Part shown: positions 1 to 9,678 of the stretch, in pieces
Layout: each line of letters opens with the position of its first letter
How positions within the stretch are numbered: the first letter of the stretch is position 1
Source: an uncultured Actinomycetes bacterium
Lineage (GTDB): Bacteria; Actinomycetota; Thermoleophilia; Gaiellales; JAICJC01
Assembly (NCBI GenBank): GCA_963729195.1
Contig: CAVSNF010000025.1
Coordinates: 94,438-158,437 of the forward strand
DNA: 64,000 nt
Reading direction: 5' to 3'
Notes under the pieces: model-generated
Seen by the model: only the letters and a program-made list of their open reading frames with translations
Database searches by the model: none
Told to the model about the DNA's origin: nothing
Made by a program: the position numbers and the translations under genes

Positions 1-759
1 GAAGCTCCCAACAAGCTTGCTCCTCAGCCCCCGATTCCGCAAGCCAGTCGATCGCTCACGGGTGCGTGACTCGCGCCGTGCTCGGGATCGAATCCACCCC
101 GTCCTCTCACACCGAAGCACGCCCATGTCATCCTGAGTGTGCACAGCAAGGCGACCGCCCAGCGGGGTGGGGCCAAACGGGACTTCGAACGGCGGGGACA
201 GTGACACCTGATCCGACAGAGATCACGCTTTGCAACCGGCTGGCGCTCGACTATGACCGGACGAGTAGCAGCATCGCCGCAGCGTGCTGGACGCGAGCCG
301 TCAACACCGGGAGGTCGCGCCGGCTGCTGTGGCCAACCGAATGCCCGAGATCGCTCCCGTTACGGTTCGCGCCTCGCCGAGGCTTCCCAACAGCCTTCCC
401 CTCTTGTCATTGACGCGTCGCGAGCCGTCCGGCACAAGACGCATGAACAAGCGTTCCTCCAAGGTCAAGCGGATTCACTGTTGCGTCCACTTGGCGGTGT
501 CGTCGGGGAATGGGTTGACTGCGCGAACAGGCCGGAGCAAGCGCTGTTTGCAATGAGCTTGTAGAGGTGCTTCAGCCGTTTGCGCTCGTGGGGTGGGACG
601 GACGAAAGTCCGTGCGTCGTAGATTCGTTCGAGTCAGGCTGTAACCAACGATCCGGATCGCTGTGCTGCGTATAGAAGTCGGACGGATCTGTTACCACGG
701 CGTTACCAAGGACGATGAACCGCAACCACGAGACCCAGCACCATGTATCTCCACAAACG

Positions 760-789
760 CAGAAACCCCTGCAAATACAGGGGTTTCTG
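760..789. terminator. Inverted repeat just downstream of tRNA-Leu (terminator-like or att-adjacent hairpin)
   Basis: CAGAAACCCCTG-caaata-CAGGGGTTTCTG, a perfect 12-bp stem 5 nt from the tRNA 3' end. Confidence 0.6.
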
Positions 790-793
790 TCCA

Positions 794-878
<85 letters not shown>

Positions 879-916
879 AGGAGACCGGAGTCTACCTGCA
901 CACCATCGGCTCGGGA

Positions 917-1147
917 TCAGCCGTGGTTGAGCAGATATCCCAGGAGCATGGTGTTGATCACAAACGCGACCGAAACGGCCACCGTCAGCCGGGTCAGGTT
1001 TCGCTCCATCACCGCGGTGCCGCCGTAGCTGCCGCCGGCGGGGTTGAACATGCCCGAAAGCCCCGTGTCCTTGCCCGAATGCATCAGCACCAGCACGATC
1101 ACGGCTACTCCTAGCAGCACCTGAATTGCGGCGTCAACTTGCTCCAT
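917..1147 (-). CDS. secG: Preprotein translocase subunit SecG
   Basis: 76 aa, two TM helices, LVLMHSGKDTGLSGMF...VMERNLTRLT signature. Confidence 0.9.
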   Translation of the reverse strand: MEQVDAAIQVLLGVAVIVLVLMHSGKDTGLSGMFNPAGGSYGGTAVMERNLTRLTVAVSVAFVINTMLLGYLLNHG

Positions 1148-1541
1148 GGGCCGGAGCATACCAGCGCTCTTCTGATCCCAGCGCCTCCTCCAGCTCCCCG
1201 ATCTGAGGCGCCCGCGCCCAGTGATGAGTGATCGTGCCGGCCCGGTTGATCAGGTACACCGAGGGCACGTGACGCACCCCCAGACGCCGCTGTAGCGGCG
1301 ACCCGGAGTTGACGGTCAGCTCGATCACGACCGCCCTTCCCGACTCCCGCGCGACCACCGCCGCCAGGCGGTTGAGCGACTCGCGGCTGGCGCGACTGCC
1401 GGCCGCCGAGAACTGCAACAGCGTGCCCAGCTCGGGGTGCTCGGCAAGACCCAGCTCGGATGGCTTCACGCACAACTGCGATGCCGGATCGGACCGGCCC
1501 CGCCGAACCGCTTGGAGCACGCCCTTGAGAGACACACGCAA
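1134..1541 (-). CDS. Thioredoxin-fold protein lacking CxxC
   Basis: TLLQFSAAGSRASRESL...LGVRHVPSVYLINRAG matches the actinobacterial Trx-like pattern, with SRAS where CxxC is expected. Confidence 0.55.
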   Translation of the reverse strand: MRVSLKGVLQAVRRGRSDPASQLCVKPSELGLAEHPELGTLLQFSAAGSRASRESLNRLAAVVARESGRAVVIELTVNSGSPLQRRLGVRHVPSVYLINRAGTITHHWARAPQIGELEEALGSEERWYAPAHGAS

Positions 1542-1544
1542 AGA

Positions 1545-2552
1545 CTACCCCGGAGGGCGGGCGCCACCAGAGACGGCGCGTTCCAGCACTCGCTCGATCC
1601 GCTCGGCCTGGCGACGACGGTCGTGGCCCGCCGCCGCCTCGACGGCCGCCGGGCACGGTGCGGGCAACTCGAGCGCCCGCCGCATCCCGTCGGCGATCGA
1701 GTCCACATCAAGCGGATCGACCAGCGCGCCGCACTCGTCGGTGATCACCTCAGCCGGACCGCCGACGCGGGTGGCCACCACCGGCAGCCCGCTTGCCAGC
1801 GCCTCCAGCACCACCTGCCCTTGCGGCTCGACCAGGCTGGGCACGACCATCACGTCGGCCTGGTGCATCGCGGCGGTCACGCCGGCGCGGTCGAGCCGAC
1901 CGGCGAATCGCACGCCGGCGGGAGCTGCCGCTTGGAGCGCTCCGCTGAGAGGTCCGTCTCCAACCACCGTGAGCGTCCCCTGCCCCACCTGGGCGAAGGC
2001 CTCCAGCAGCCGGCCGGCGTTCTTGCGTTTCGTCAGCGCTCCGACAAACAGAAACCGGGGCTCGTCCCCGGGTTGCCAGCCGTCGGGCGAAAACCGCTCG
2101 GTGTCCACCCCGCAATCGATCGACTCGACCACCGTCGCCCCCGGTGGAAGCTGGCCGGCCAGATACTCCGACACGGCGATCACCGCCGCCGAGCCGCGCA
2201 GCACAAACCGGGTAAGCCGCCCCAGCGACGCGTGCGAATAGGCGTTTCGGACGTCCCGCCCGTGCGCCGTAATCACATACGGAGCGCCGCTCGCCCGCGA
2301 CGCCGCCCACGCCACCAGGCCGGTCGGCACCAGGTAGTGGGCGTAGATCACATCCGGCCGGTGGCGGGCCTCGCGCAGTGCCCGCTCGGCCAGCAGCCCG
2401 TACCGGGCGAGCCCTCCCCGGCCGGCGCTCAGCACCGCCTCGTCGATCTCGTGTCCCCGCTCGCGCAGCGCCTCGGCCAGGTCGGCGACAAACACCCCGT
2501 AGTCGGGCCGCTCACGGCTGGGGTACATGTTCGACAAGAGCAGGATGCGCAC
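1545..2552 (-). CDS. Glycosyltransferase family 4
   Basis: GT-B motifs: ITAHGRDV, FVGALTKRKN, PSLVEPQGQVVLEALASGLPVV. Confidence 0.9.
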   Translation of the reverse strand: MRILLLSNMYPSRERPDYGVFVADLAEALRERGHEIDEAVLSAGRGGLARYGLLAERALREARHRPDVIYAHYLVPTGLVAWAASRASGAPYVITAHGRDVRNAYSHASLGRLTRFVLRGSAAVIAVSEYLAGQLPPGATVVESIDCGVDTERFSPDGWQPGDEPRFLFVGALTKRKNAGRLLEAFAQVGQGTLTVVGDGPLSGALQAAAPAGVRFAGRLDRAGVTAAMHQADVMVVPSLVEPQGQVVLEALASGLPVVATRVGGPAEVITDECGALVDPLDVDSIADGMRRALELPAPCPAAVEAAAGHDRRRQAERIERVLERAVSGGARPPG

Positions 2553-2572
2553 GCGGGCAACCTTAGATGGTG

Positions 2573-3286
2573 TCAGCCGGCGAGGCGGGCGGCGACCACG
2601 CCGCCGCCGCCGACCGCAACCGCGGTCGGCACCACCGCCACGCCGTACTTGCGCGCCAGGTCGGGCCGGGTGCGCACATCGACGGTCACCACTTCGCGGC
2701 CCTGCTCTCGCAGCTCACGTTCCAGCGTCTTGCACTCCGAGCACAGCGGATGGGTGAACTCGAGCACGAACTCATCGCCGTTGGCTCGGTCGAAGTCGGC
2801 CAGGTCGACTCGCTCCAGCAGGTGGGAGCGGACGCCCCGTACGTGTGCGCCGATGCGGTAGAACTCGCACCCCACACACAGGCCGGTGGAGGCCGCCAGC
2901 AGTGCCAGCACCGCCACCAGCCCTCCCAGGATCCAGCACAGCAGCGAGAACCCGGCCAGGTGCGCGAGAAACGCTGCGCTCAAAACCACCGCGCCGATCA
3001 TGTTGGCAAACCGCGGCGGACGCGAGTCCTCCAGCGGCCCTTCTCCAAACCGCGGCTGCACCAACTCGTAGTAGGTGACGCACGGAAGGCACCAGCGGCG
3101 CCCGAGCGTCAGGCCGATGATCAACTGCAGTCCCAGGAGCCCCAAGAGCCACCACCAGCCGGTCACCAGCGCCACCACCGACAGGGAGCCGATCACCGCC
3201 TGGTTGAACCGCGGGGCACGGGCATCGATCACGTCGGTATCGACGTAGGGATCAGCGCTTCGCTGGAGTTTGGATCCAAACTTCAT
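2573..3286 (-). CDS. DUF4395 membrane domain fused to C-terminal thioredoxin
   Basis: IDARAPRFNQ, EDSRPPRFA, GLCVGCE (DUF4395), then EFTHPLCSEC...YGVAVVPT (Trx CxxC). Start placed at ATG 3286. Confidence 0.75.
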   Translation of the reverse strand: MKFGSKLQRSADPYVDTDVIDARAPRFNQAVIGSLSVVALVTGWWWLLGLLGLQLIIGLTLGRRWCLPCVTYYELVQPRFGEGPLEDSRPPRFANMIGAVVLSAAFLAHLAGFSLLCWILGGLVAVLALLAASTGLCVGCEFYRIGAHVRGVRSHLLERVDLADFDRANGDEFVLEFTHPLCSECKTLERELREQGREVVTVDVRTRPDLARKYGVAVVPTAVAVGGGGVVAARLAG

Positions 3287-3349
3287 CTCGGCAAAATCGT
3301 ACCACCGAGGCCCACTTAAGTCGCCGCTTTCGGTGTCGATCACGCGGCT

Positions 3350-5653
3350 GTGCCCAAGCCTCCCAAACTCTCGAAAAAGGCGTTGCGACGCCTTCGTGAG
3401 TCCTCCCCGCCTGAGGACGTGCCCCCTGTCGACGAGGTCGTTGCCGAAGACCCGCCCGCCCCCGCACCGCAGCCGGAAGCCACCGCCCTGGTGACCGCCG
3501 GCAACGTCCACACCGCCGCTCCCGCGATCCTGGCAGCCCTCTCCGACAGCCTCGGCTGGGCGCTGGGCGCGCTTTGGACTGTCGACCGTGATCACGACCG
3601 GCTGCAGTGCGCGTCGGTATGGCATGCCGAGGGCATCGACGCCACCGCATTCGAGGAGGCGTCGCGGTCGACCACCTTCACCATCGGCTCCGGCATCCCC
3701 GGCCGCGCGTGGGCCGAGGGCGGCCCGATCTGGATCGACGACGTGGCCGCCATGGGCCGCTCCGACCGCATCCGCAACACCGCAGACATCGGCCTGCACG
3801 CCGCCTTTGCGCTGCCGATCGTGCTCGAGGGAGGCGTGCTTGGGGTGATCGAGTTCTTCAGCCGCTCTCCCCGAAAGCACGACGCAGCGCTTCTGAAACT
3901 GATGGGCGCGGTCGGAAACCAGCTCGCCCAGTTCATGCAGCGGATCCAGATCGAACGCGACGTGCACGACTCAGAGCAGCGGTTCCACGCACTGGCCGCC
4001 GGCCCCGTCGGTCTGTGGCATACCGGCCCGGCCGGCGAGACGCTGTTTGTGAATCCCGCCATGTGCGACATGCTCGGCGTGGAGGCCCAGGTCGACCTGG
4101 CCGCATCCAGCATCGCCGAGTTCGTCGACCTGGAGCAGATCGAGCCGGGTCAGAGCCGCGAGATCGAACTCACCGGCCGCGACGGCCGCAAGCGACACGC
4201 GATCATGTCCGAGGCCCCGCTCCACGGCGCAGATGGGCACTCGCACGGCAGTTTGCTCTCGTTCGTGGACACCACCCCGCTGCGCACCGCCACCGACCGG
4301 CTCGACTTTCTCGCCCGCAACGATCAGCTCACCGAGCTGCCCAACCTGGCGCTGTTCACCGAGCATCTCGAGCTGGCGCTGCACCGGGCGGCGCGCTACG
4401 GCACCGCCGCAGCGGTGATCTTCATCGACATCGACGAGTTCGGGCTGGTCAACGAAGGGCTCGGCCGTGAGGTGGGCGATGAGTTGCTGCGGCGTGTGGC
4501 CGAGCGGCTGCGGGCGGTGACTCGCAAGGCCGACGTGGTGGGACGGCAGTCGGGCGACGAGTTCCTGGTGCTGCTGGCCGACATGCAGACCGGTGAGGGC
4601 GATCCGGGCGCCAAGGTGCGCGACGTCAGCGAGCTGACCGACGCTGTCGCCGGCCACATCCGCCACTCCCTGCAGACGCCGTTCACGATCCACGGTCACG
4701 AGGTGTACGTCGGCGTATCGACCGGCGTGGCCGCCTATCCCGCCCACGGCGATGAGGCCGGCACGCTGATCAACCTGGCGGCTACGGCTATGACCGAGGC
4801 CCGGGCTCACGGCCGCGGCGGCGGTGTGGCTCGAAAGCACGCTGCATCCGACCAGCTGAAGCTGACCACCCGCCTTCGCCACGCCGTCAACCACAACGAG
4901 TTCGTGCTGCACTACCAGCCGGTGTGTGACATCTCCCGCGGCTTGATCATCGGCGTGGAGGCGCTGATCCGGTGGATGGATCCCGAACGCGGCCTGGTGT
5001 ACCCGGGCGAGTTCATCCACCTCGCCGAGCGCACCGGCATGATCAACCAGATCTCCGACTGGGTGGTAACCGAAGCTTGCCGCCAATCACGAGCGTGGCG
5101 CGACCAGGGCGTGCGGGTCGGTGTGTCGGTCAACCTGCCGCCGATCCTGTGGCAGCCGGCGATGGTCGGGCGGCTTCGCAACGAGGTGTCAAACGCGGGC
5201 CTGAAGCCGAACGAGTTCATGATCGAGATCACCGAGTCGGCCATCATGTCTGACCCCGACCGCTCCCAGAAGATTCTGCACGAGCTCTCCAACGACGGCT
5301 TCAGGCTGGCGATCGACGACTTCGGCACCGGCTACTCGTCACTTTCGCGGCTTCGCCAGATGCCGGTCTCGGCACTCAAGATCGACCGCTCGTTCATCAC
5401 CGACCTGCCCGGCGATCAGGACGCAGAGACGGTGGTCAAGACGATCATCCAGCTGGCCGCCAACCTCGGTCTGGTGGCGCTGGCGGAGGGCATCGAGACC
5501 GAAGCGCAGCTGCAGTTTCTGACCGCCCACGGCTGCCACCTCGGCCAGGGCTTTCTGCTCAGCGAAGGGGTCAGCGGCGACCAGATCCCCGAGATCTACC
5601 ACCGGTTCGAACGAAACCGCGACGCCGCCGGCTCAGTCTCGGCCTCAAGCTAG
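3350..5653 (+). CDS. GAF-PAS-GGDEF-EAL c-di-GMP signalling protein
   Basis: GAF (GIPGRAW...GVIEFFS), PAS (FVNPAMCDMLG), DQLTELPN and SGDEF, EAL with DDFGTGYSS and AEGIET. Confidence 0.9.
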   Translation: MPKPPKLSKKALRRLRESSPPEDVPPVDEVVAEDPPAPAPQPEATALVTAGNVHTAAPAILAALSDSLGWALGALWTVDRDHDRLQCASVWHAEGIDATAFEEASRSTTFTIGSGIPGRAWAEGGPIWIDDVAAMGRSDRIRNTADIGLHAAFALPIVLEGGVLGVIEFFSRSPRKHDAALLKLMGAVGNQLAQFMQRIQIERDVHDSEQRFHALAAGPVGLWHTGPAGETLFVNPAMCDMLGVEAQVDLAASSIAEFVDLEQIEPGQSREIELTGRDGRKRHAIMSEAPLHGADGHSHGSLLSFVDTTPLRTATDRLDFLARNDQLTELPNLALFTEHLELALHRAARYGTAAAVIFIDIDEFGLVNEGLGREVGDELLRRVAERLRAVTRKADVVGRQSGDEFLVLLADMQTGEGDPGAKVRDVSELTDAVAGHIRHSLQTPFTIHGHEVYVGVSTGVAAYPAHGDEAGTLINLAATAMTEARAHGRGGGVARKHAASDQLKLTTRLRHAVNHNEFVLHYQPVCDISRGLIIGVEALIRWMDPERGLVYPGEFIHLAERTGMINQISDWVVTEACRQSRAWRDQGVRVGVSVNLPPILWQPAMVGRLRNEVSNAGLKPNEFMIEITESAIMSDPDRSQKILHELSNDGFRLAIDDFGTGYSSLSRLRQMPVSALKIDRSFITDLPGDQDAETVVKTIIQLAANLGLVALAEGIETEAQLQFLTAHGCHLGQGFLLSEGVSGDQIPEIYHRFERNRDAAGSVSASS

Positions 5654-7665
5654 ACCAGATCGCGCGGAAACTCCGACGTCCACGTGTTGGCAAACGCGCA
5701 AGCGTCGCCTTCATACGCCAGCAGCGTCGTGATCACCCGAAACGTGGTGGCGTCGCAGGTCATGATGCTGTCGGACTCCCACCGGATCCGCCAATCGCCT
5801 CGTGCCTGGCTGCCGGTCATGCGGCAGCGCACCTCGGCCGACAGCGGATCGCCTTCGACGATCTCAAACGTGGTGTGATTGGTATCGCCGTATTCCAGGC
5901 CGTTCGGTAGCCGGGTAACGCCGCCCACATCCCAGTCGTAGACGAGTCGCTGGCGGCCGGTGGCGAGGTCACGGGTGAGGTCACGGCCGGCCGGGCCCGA
6001 GCTGAGCAGCTGGGTGGGCAGCGGCGGGGATTCCTCCGGCTCGCCGAATGGGGCCAGGTCGCCGTCGGCCGGCTTGGGCGCCCGGATCGGGAGGCTGAGG
6101 CGGCTGGAGCCGGCAAAGATGGTGAGCGTCGCGGCCTCGGGCGACGGCCAGGCCCAGGGCCAGTAGGTGGGCGACACACCCACCCGGATGCGGTTGCCCG
6201 CCGCGAAGGCGTGACCACACACGTCGAGGCGCACCTTTACCTGGTAGCGCTTGCCCGGCTCCAGCGGCTCGGGGAACTCGTCGGAGTCGCGGTGGGTGAG
6301 ATTCTGAAGCGCGCGCGTGACCAGCGTCGAGGAACCGTCGGGCGCGACCTCGCACAGCCGCACCACCACCAGGGCGTTGGGACGATCGCTGGTCAGCTCC
6401 AGGGTCACCTCGGGGTAGCCCAGGATCTCGAACCGTTCTGCGAGCGGGTCGGACTCGAAGGTCACGCTCATGCCGTCCATCGGTCGCTGATCGCCGGGCC
6501 AGTCGGCCGGCTCACCGTAGGGACACCACGATCCCGCGTCCCATCCGGCGGTCTGAATGCCCTTGATCGGCACCGCCACCTCGGGCCCCGGCTCGAGGTC
6601 GATGCGCCCCAGGTTGAGCGCGTACTCAAGCGGGGCTGCGGCCACCGGCGGCCACTGCGACTCGGCCACCCAACGACCCGGGATCTCGGAGTAACACACC
6701 GCCGGCGGCAGCGGCTCCTGGATCCAGGCGCGCAGCATCGGCTCGGCCATGATGCCGGTGTCGATGCCCTTGAGCCAGTGGTCGAACCAGCGGGTCATCT
6801 CCTGCAGGAAGCCGATGGTGGGCTCGGGCGGCCCCGACTGCGGCCAGGCGTGTGTCCACGGGCCGATCAAGCCTTTGCGGGGTCCGGGCAGGCCTTCCAG
6901 CAATCGCGGGATGGCGTTGGGGTAGCCGTCCGCCCAGCCGCCGACCGCGTACACCGCGGCTTCGATGTCGGAGTAGTCCTCACACACCGAGCCCTGTTTC
7001 CAGTAGGCGTCGCGGCGCTGGTGCCCCAGCCAGTGGTCGATGAACGGCGGAGAGTCGCGCATCCGCTCCAGCCACATCTCGCGCCAGCGGTCGCCGACGA
7101 TCTCGGGATCGGGCGGCCGAGCATTCCACGCGAACATCGACGCCGCCCACTGCAACATGTCCGAGCCGATGCAGCCGCCGTCATAGTGGACGTCGTCGGC
7201 GTAGCGATCGTCGGTCGAGCACAGGGTGACGATGGCCTTGAGCGCCGGCGGTCGATGGGACGCCACCTGGAGTCCGTTGAACCCACTCCACGAGATGCCG
7301 ATCATGCCCACCGCGCCGGTGCACCACGGCTGCTCTGCCAGCCAGGCGATCACCTCGCACGCGTCTGACTGTTCTTGGGGCAGGTACTCGTCCTCGAGGA
7401 TGCCGTCGGACTCACCGGTGCCGCGCTGGTCGACGCGCACCGTGGCATAGCCCTGACCGGCAAGGTAGGGAAAGTGGCGCGCGTCCCGTGGGGCGGTGCC
7501 GTCGTTCAGCCGGTAGGGCAGGTATTCGAGGATCGCGGGCACCGGGTCGGTATCGGCGTCCTCGGGCAGCCAGATGCGAGCGGCCAGCCGAGTGCCGTCC
7601 GAGAGGGTGATCCACACCGTCTCGAGCGTGCGGATCGTGCGCGGATAGTCGGATACGAGACGCAT
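5650..7665 (-). CDS. CocE/NonD family hydrolase (peptidase S15-like)
   Basis: DGTRLAARIW, YLPYR, GISWSG nucleophile elbow, GPWTH, PepX-like C-terminal domain. Confidence 0.9.
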   Translation of the reverse strand: MRLVSDYPRTIRTLETVWITLSDGTRLAARIWLPEDADTDPVPAILEYLPYRLNDGTAPRDARHFPYLAGQGYATVRVDQRGTGESDGILEDEYLPQEQSDACEVIAWLAEQPWCTGAVGMIGISWSGFNGLQVASHRPPALKAIVTLCSTDDRYADDVHYDGGCIGSDMLQWAASMFAWNARPPDPEIVGDRWREMWLERMRDSPPFIDHWLGHQRRDAYWKQGSVCEDYSDIEAAVYAVGGWADGYPNAIPRLLEGLPGPRKGLIGPWTHAWPQSGPPEPTIGFLQEMTRWFDHWLKGIDTGIMAEPMLRAWIQEPLPPAVCYSEIPGRWVAESQWPPVAAAPLEYALNLGRIDLEPGPEVAVPIKGIQTAGWDAGSWCPYGEPADWPGDQRPMDGMSVTFESDPLAERFEILGYPEVTLELTSDRPNALVVVRLCEVAPDGSSTLVTRALQNLTHRDSDEFPEPLEPGKRYQVKVRLDVCGHAFAAGNRIRVGVSPTYWPWAWPSPEAATLTIFAGSSRLSLPIRAPKPADGDLAPFGEPEESPPLPTQLLSSGPAGRDLTRDLATGRQRLVYDWDVGGVTRLPNGLEYGDTNHTTFEIVEGDPLSAEVRCRMTGSQARGDWRIRWESDSIMTCDATTFRVITTLLAYEGDACAFANTWTSEFPRDLV

Positions 7666-7705
7666 CCGCGCAAACGCTACCGGTTCGCGGAGGCGCGGTG
7701 CGCGA

Positions 7706-8875
7706 CTACCAGCGCGACCCGCGGCCGCGACGAGACGTGTATACCAGCCGCGGCGCGGCGATCTTCATGCCGGTCTCCTTGAACTCATCGGAGAGCTCGA
7801 GGTTGGCGGCGATCCGGCTGACGTCGACCTGCTGCTCCTGCAGCACCAGCGTGACGCCGGTACCGGAGCGGCCGGCGCGACCGGTGCGCCCGACACGATG
7901 GATGTAGCCCTTGTTGTCCTCGGGCGGATCGAAGTTGATCACCGTGGCGATCTTGTCCAGGTCGAGCCCACGGGCGGCCACGTCGGTGGCAACCAGGGTG
8001 CGCACCTGCCCCGAGTCGAACTTCTTGAGCGCCCGCTCACGCGCATTCTGGGTGAGGTCGCCGTGCATCGCGACGGCATCCAGGTCGTGGCGGCGAAGCT
8101 TTTGCACCAGCCGGTCGGCGCCGTGCTTGGTGCGGACGAAGACGAGTGCCGGCTCGTCGTCGACTTTGAGCAGTTCGACCAGGGTGGTCACCTTGTTCTC
8201 GTGGGTGACCGAGACGAACCGGTGGTCAACTTCCTCGATCGTCTGAGGATCGCTGGCCCGCTCGTGCTTGGCGGCGTCGGTGGTGTAGGCGCGTGCCAGC
8301 CGGCCCACTTCACCGTCCAGCGTGGCCGAGAAGAACATCGTCTGGCGACCCTGGGGCAGCCGCTTCACAATCTTGTCGACCTGCGGCTGAAAGCCCATGT
8401 CGAGCATCCGGTCGGCCTCGTCCAGTACCAGGATGCGAACCTCGGCCAGCGAGATGCTGCGCCGCTGGCACAGATCCTCGAGCCGCCCGGGGGTGGCCAC
8501 CAGCACCTGAGCGCCGTTGACCTTCTTGGCCTGTTCGCCGATGGAGACGCCGCCGTAGGCAGCCGCGACGCGCAGGCCGCGGGCCTTGGCGATCGCGGAC
8601 GTCTCGGCCGCCACCTGAGCGGCCAGCTCGCGCGTCGGCACCAGGATCAGCGCTGCCGGGCTGGGAGCGTCGGGTGCGAGCTGCTCCACTACCGGAATCG
8701 CAAAGGCAAGCGTCTTGCCCGAGCCGGTCGGCGACTTGGCCAGAATGTCCTGGCCGTTGATGGCGTCAGGAATCACCTGGCTCTGAATCTCGAAGGGAGC
8801 GGCCATGCCGCGCGCCTCCAGAGCGTCTGCCACCACGTCGGACACGCCGAGGGATCGGAAGGTTTGGGACTGCAT
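7706..8875 (-). CDS. DEAD-box RNA helicase
   Basis: Q motif, SPTGSGKT, PTRELA, DEADRMLDMGF, SAT, ARGLD, HRVGRTGRAG. Start at ATG 8875 after a GGAGAG RBS. Confidence 0.95.
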   Translation of the reverse strand: MQSQTFRSLGVSDVVADALEARGMAAPFEIQSQVIPDAINGQDILAKSPTGSGKTLAFAIPVVEQLAPDAPSPAALILVPTRELAAQVAAETSAIAKARGLRVAAAYGGVSIGEQAKKVNGAQVLVATPGRLEDLCQRRSISLAEVRILVLDEADRMLDMGFQPQVDKIVKRLPQGRQTMFFSATLDGEVGRLARAYTTDAAKHERASDPQTIEEVDHRFVSVTHENKVTTLVELLKVDDEPALVFVRTKHGADRLVQKLRRHDLDAVAMHGDLTQNARERALKKFDSGQVRTLVATDVAARGLDLDKIATVINFDPPEDNKGYIHRVGRTGRAGRSGTGVTLVLQEQQVDVSRIAANLELSDEFKETGMKIAAPRLVYTSRRGRGSRW

Positions 8876-9184
8876 TGGTTGTAACTCTCCTTGGCGACCC
8901 TGTGGTCGCTTCGCGTCAGTTGAGGAATCAACTTGCCTCACACCGAGCGAAGAAAGCATCAACCTCACGGGGCTTCCAAGCCGGATGCCCGTTGTCACAT
9001 GATAGCAGGGGGCTTTGTAGCAACCCAAGCGCCCCCCAACCAGGGGGCTAGGCACGGGGTTGCGCAAGCGGGAGAGTTGACCCATGCCGGCGGTGTTGTG
9101 CGCACCATCGGCGGCTCCTGAATCGCGCCCGCCCGAATGGACGTCCACCTTCGGGCGGGCGCGGAGCCCAGGTTTGGTGCTACC

Positions 9185-9580
9185 TCAGGACGCTTCGGCC
9201 ATCGGCGACTTGGCCATCGCCATCAGCTCGAGAAAGCAGTCGAGCTCGTCGGCCGACGTGCCCTCGATGCCGTTCAGTGCGATCTGCAGCTGCAGACCGA
9301 ACACCGACAGCAGCAGATCGGGGCCGTCTTCGATCGAGAGCGAGAAATCGACGTACTCGTCGCCGCTCGACTCACCGATCACGCGGTAGTTCCACACGAT
9401 CGTGAAATCGTGTCGTTCTTGTTCCCAGCCAAACACGCGCAGGCGTTCACCGGCGCGCTCCGAGTCAGTCGTGGATGACTCCAAGAGGACGTTGACAATG
9501 CGACTGACGGCGCCGTCGCTGGTCGTACCTTCGACGGCGTCGGCCACGAGCTGGGACACCAACAGTTGGTGCTGTTCCAT
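9185..9580 (-). CDS. Hypothetical acidic protein (131 aa)
   Basis: MEQHQLLVSQ... C-terminal part of the long ORF, with GGAG upstream and protein-like composition. No family recognised. Confidence 0.5.
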   Translation of the reverse strand: MEQHQLLVSQLVADAVEGTTSDGAVSRIVNVLLESSTTDSERAGERLRVFGWEQERHDFTIVWNYRVIGESSGDEYVDFSLSIEDGPDLLLSVFGLQLQIALNGIEGTSADELDCFLELMAMAKSPMAEAS

Positions 9581-9678
9581 GGGGACGCTCCGTGGGAGTT
9601 GGGGGTCAACCCACGATAGTTGCGCTTGTCCCAATCTGAAATACCCGTTTTGGGGATCCTGCACCAAAAACTGCCGGC

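Noticed and set aside
2573-3967. Long N-terminal extensions of ORF-track calls (also 7706-9148, 9185-10387, 29060-30007, 32199-33839, 32505-34007, 33607-35352)
   Set aside because: The extensions overlap better-supported genes and are low-information high-GC read-through. Starts were trimmed to where family motifs begin.
3350-5653. SGDEF variant as a novel catalytic feature
   Set aside because: SGDEF variants in GGDEF-EAL hybrids are well known; the protein is otherwise ordinary
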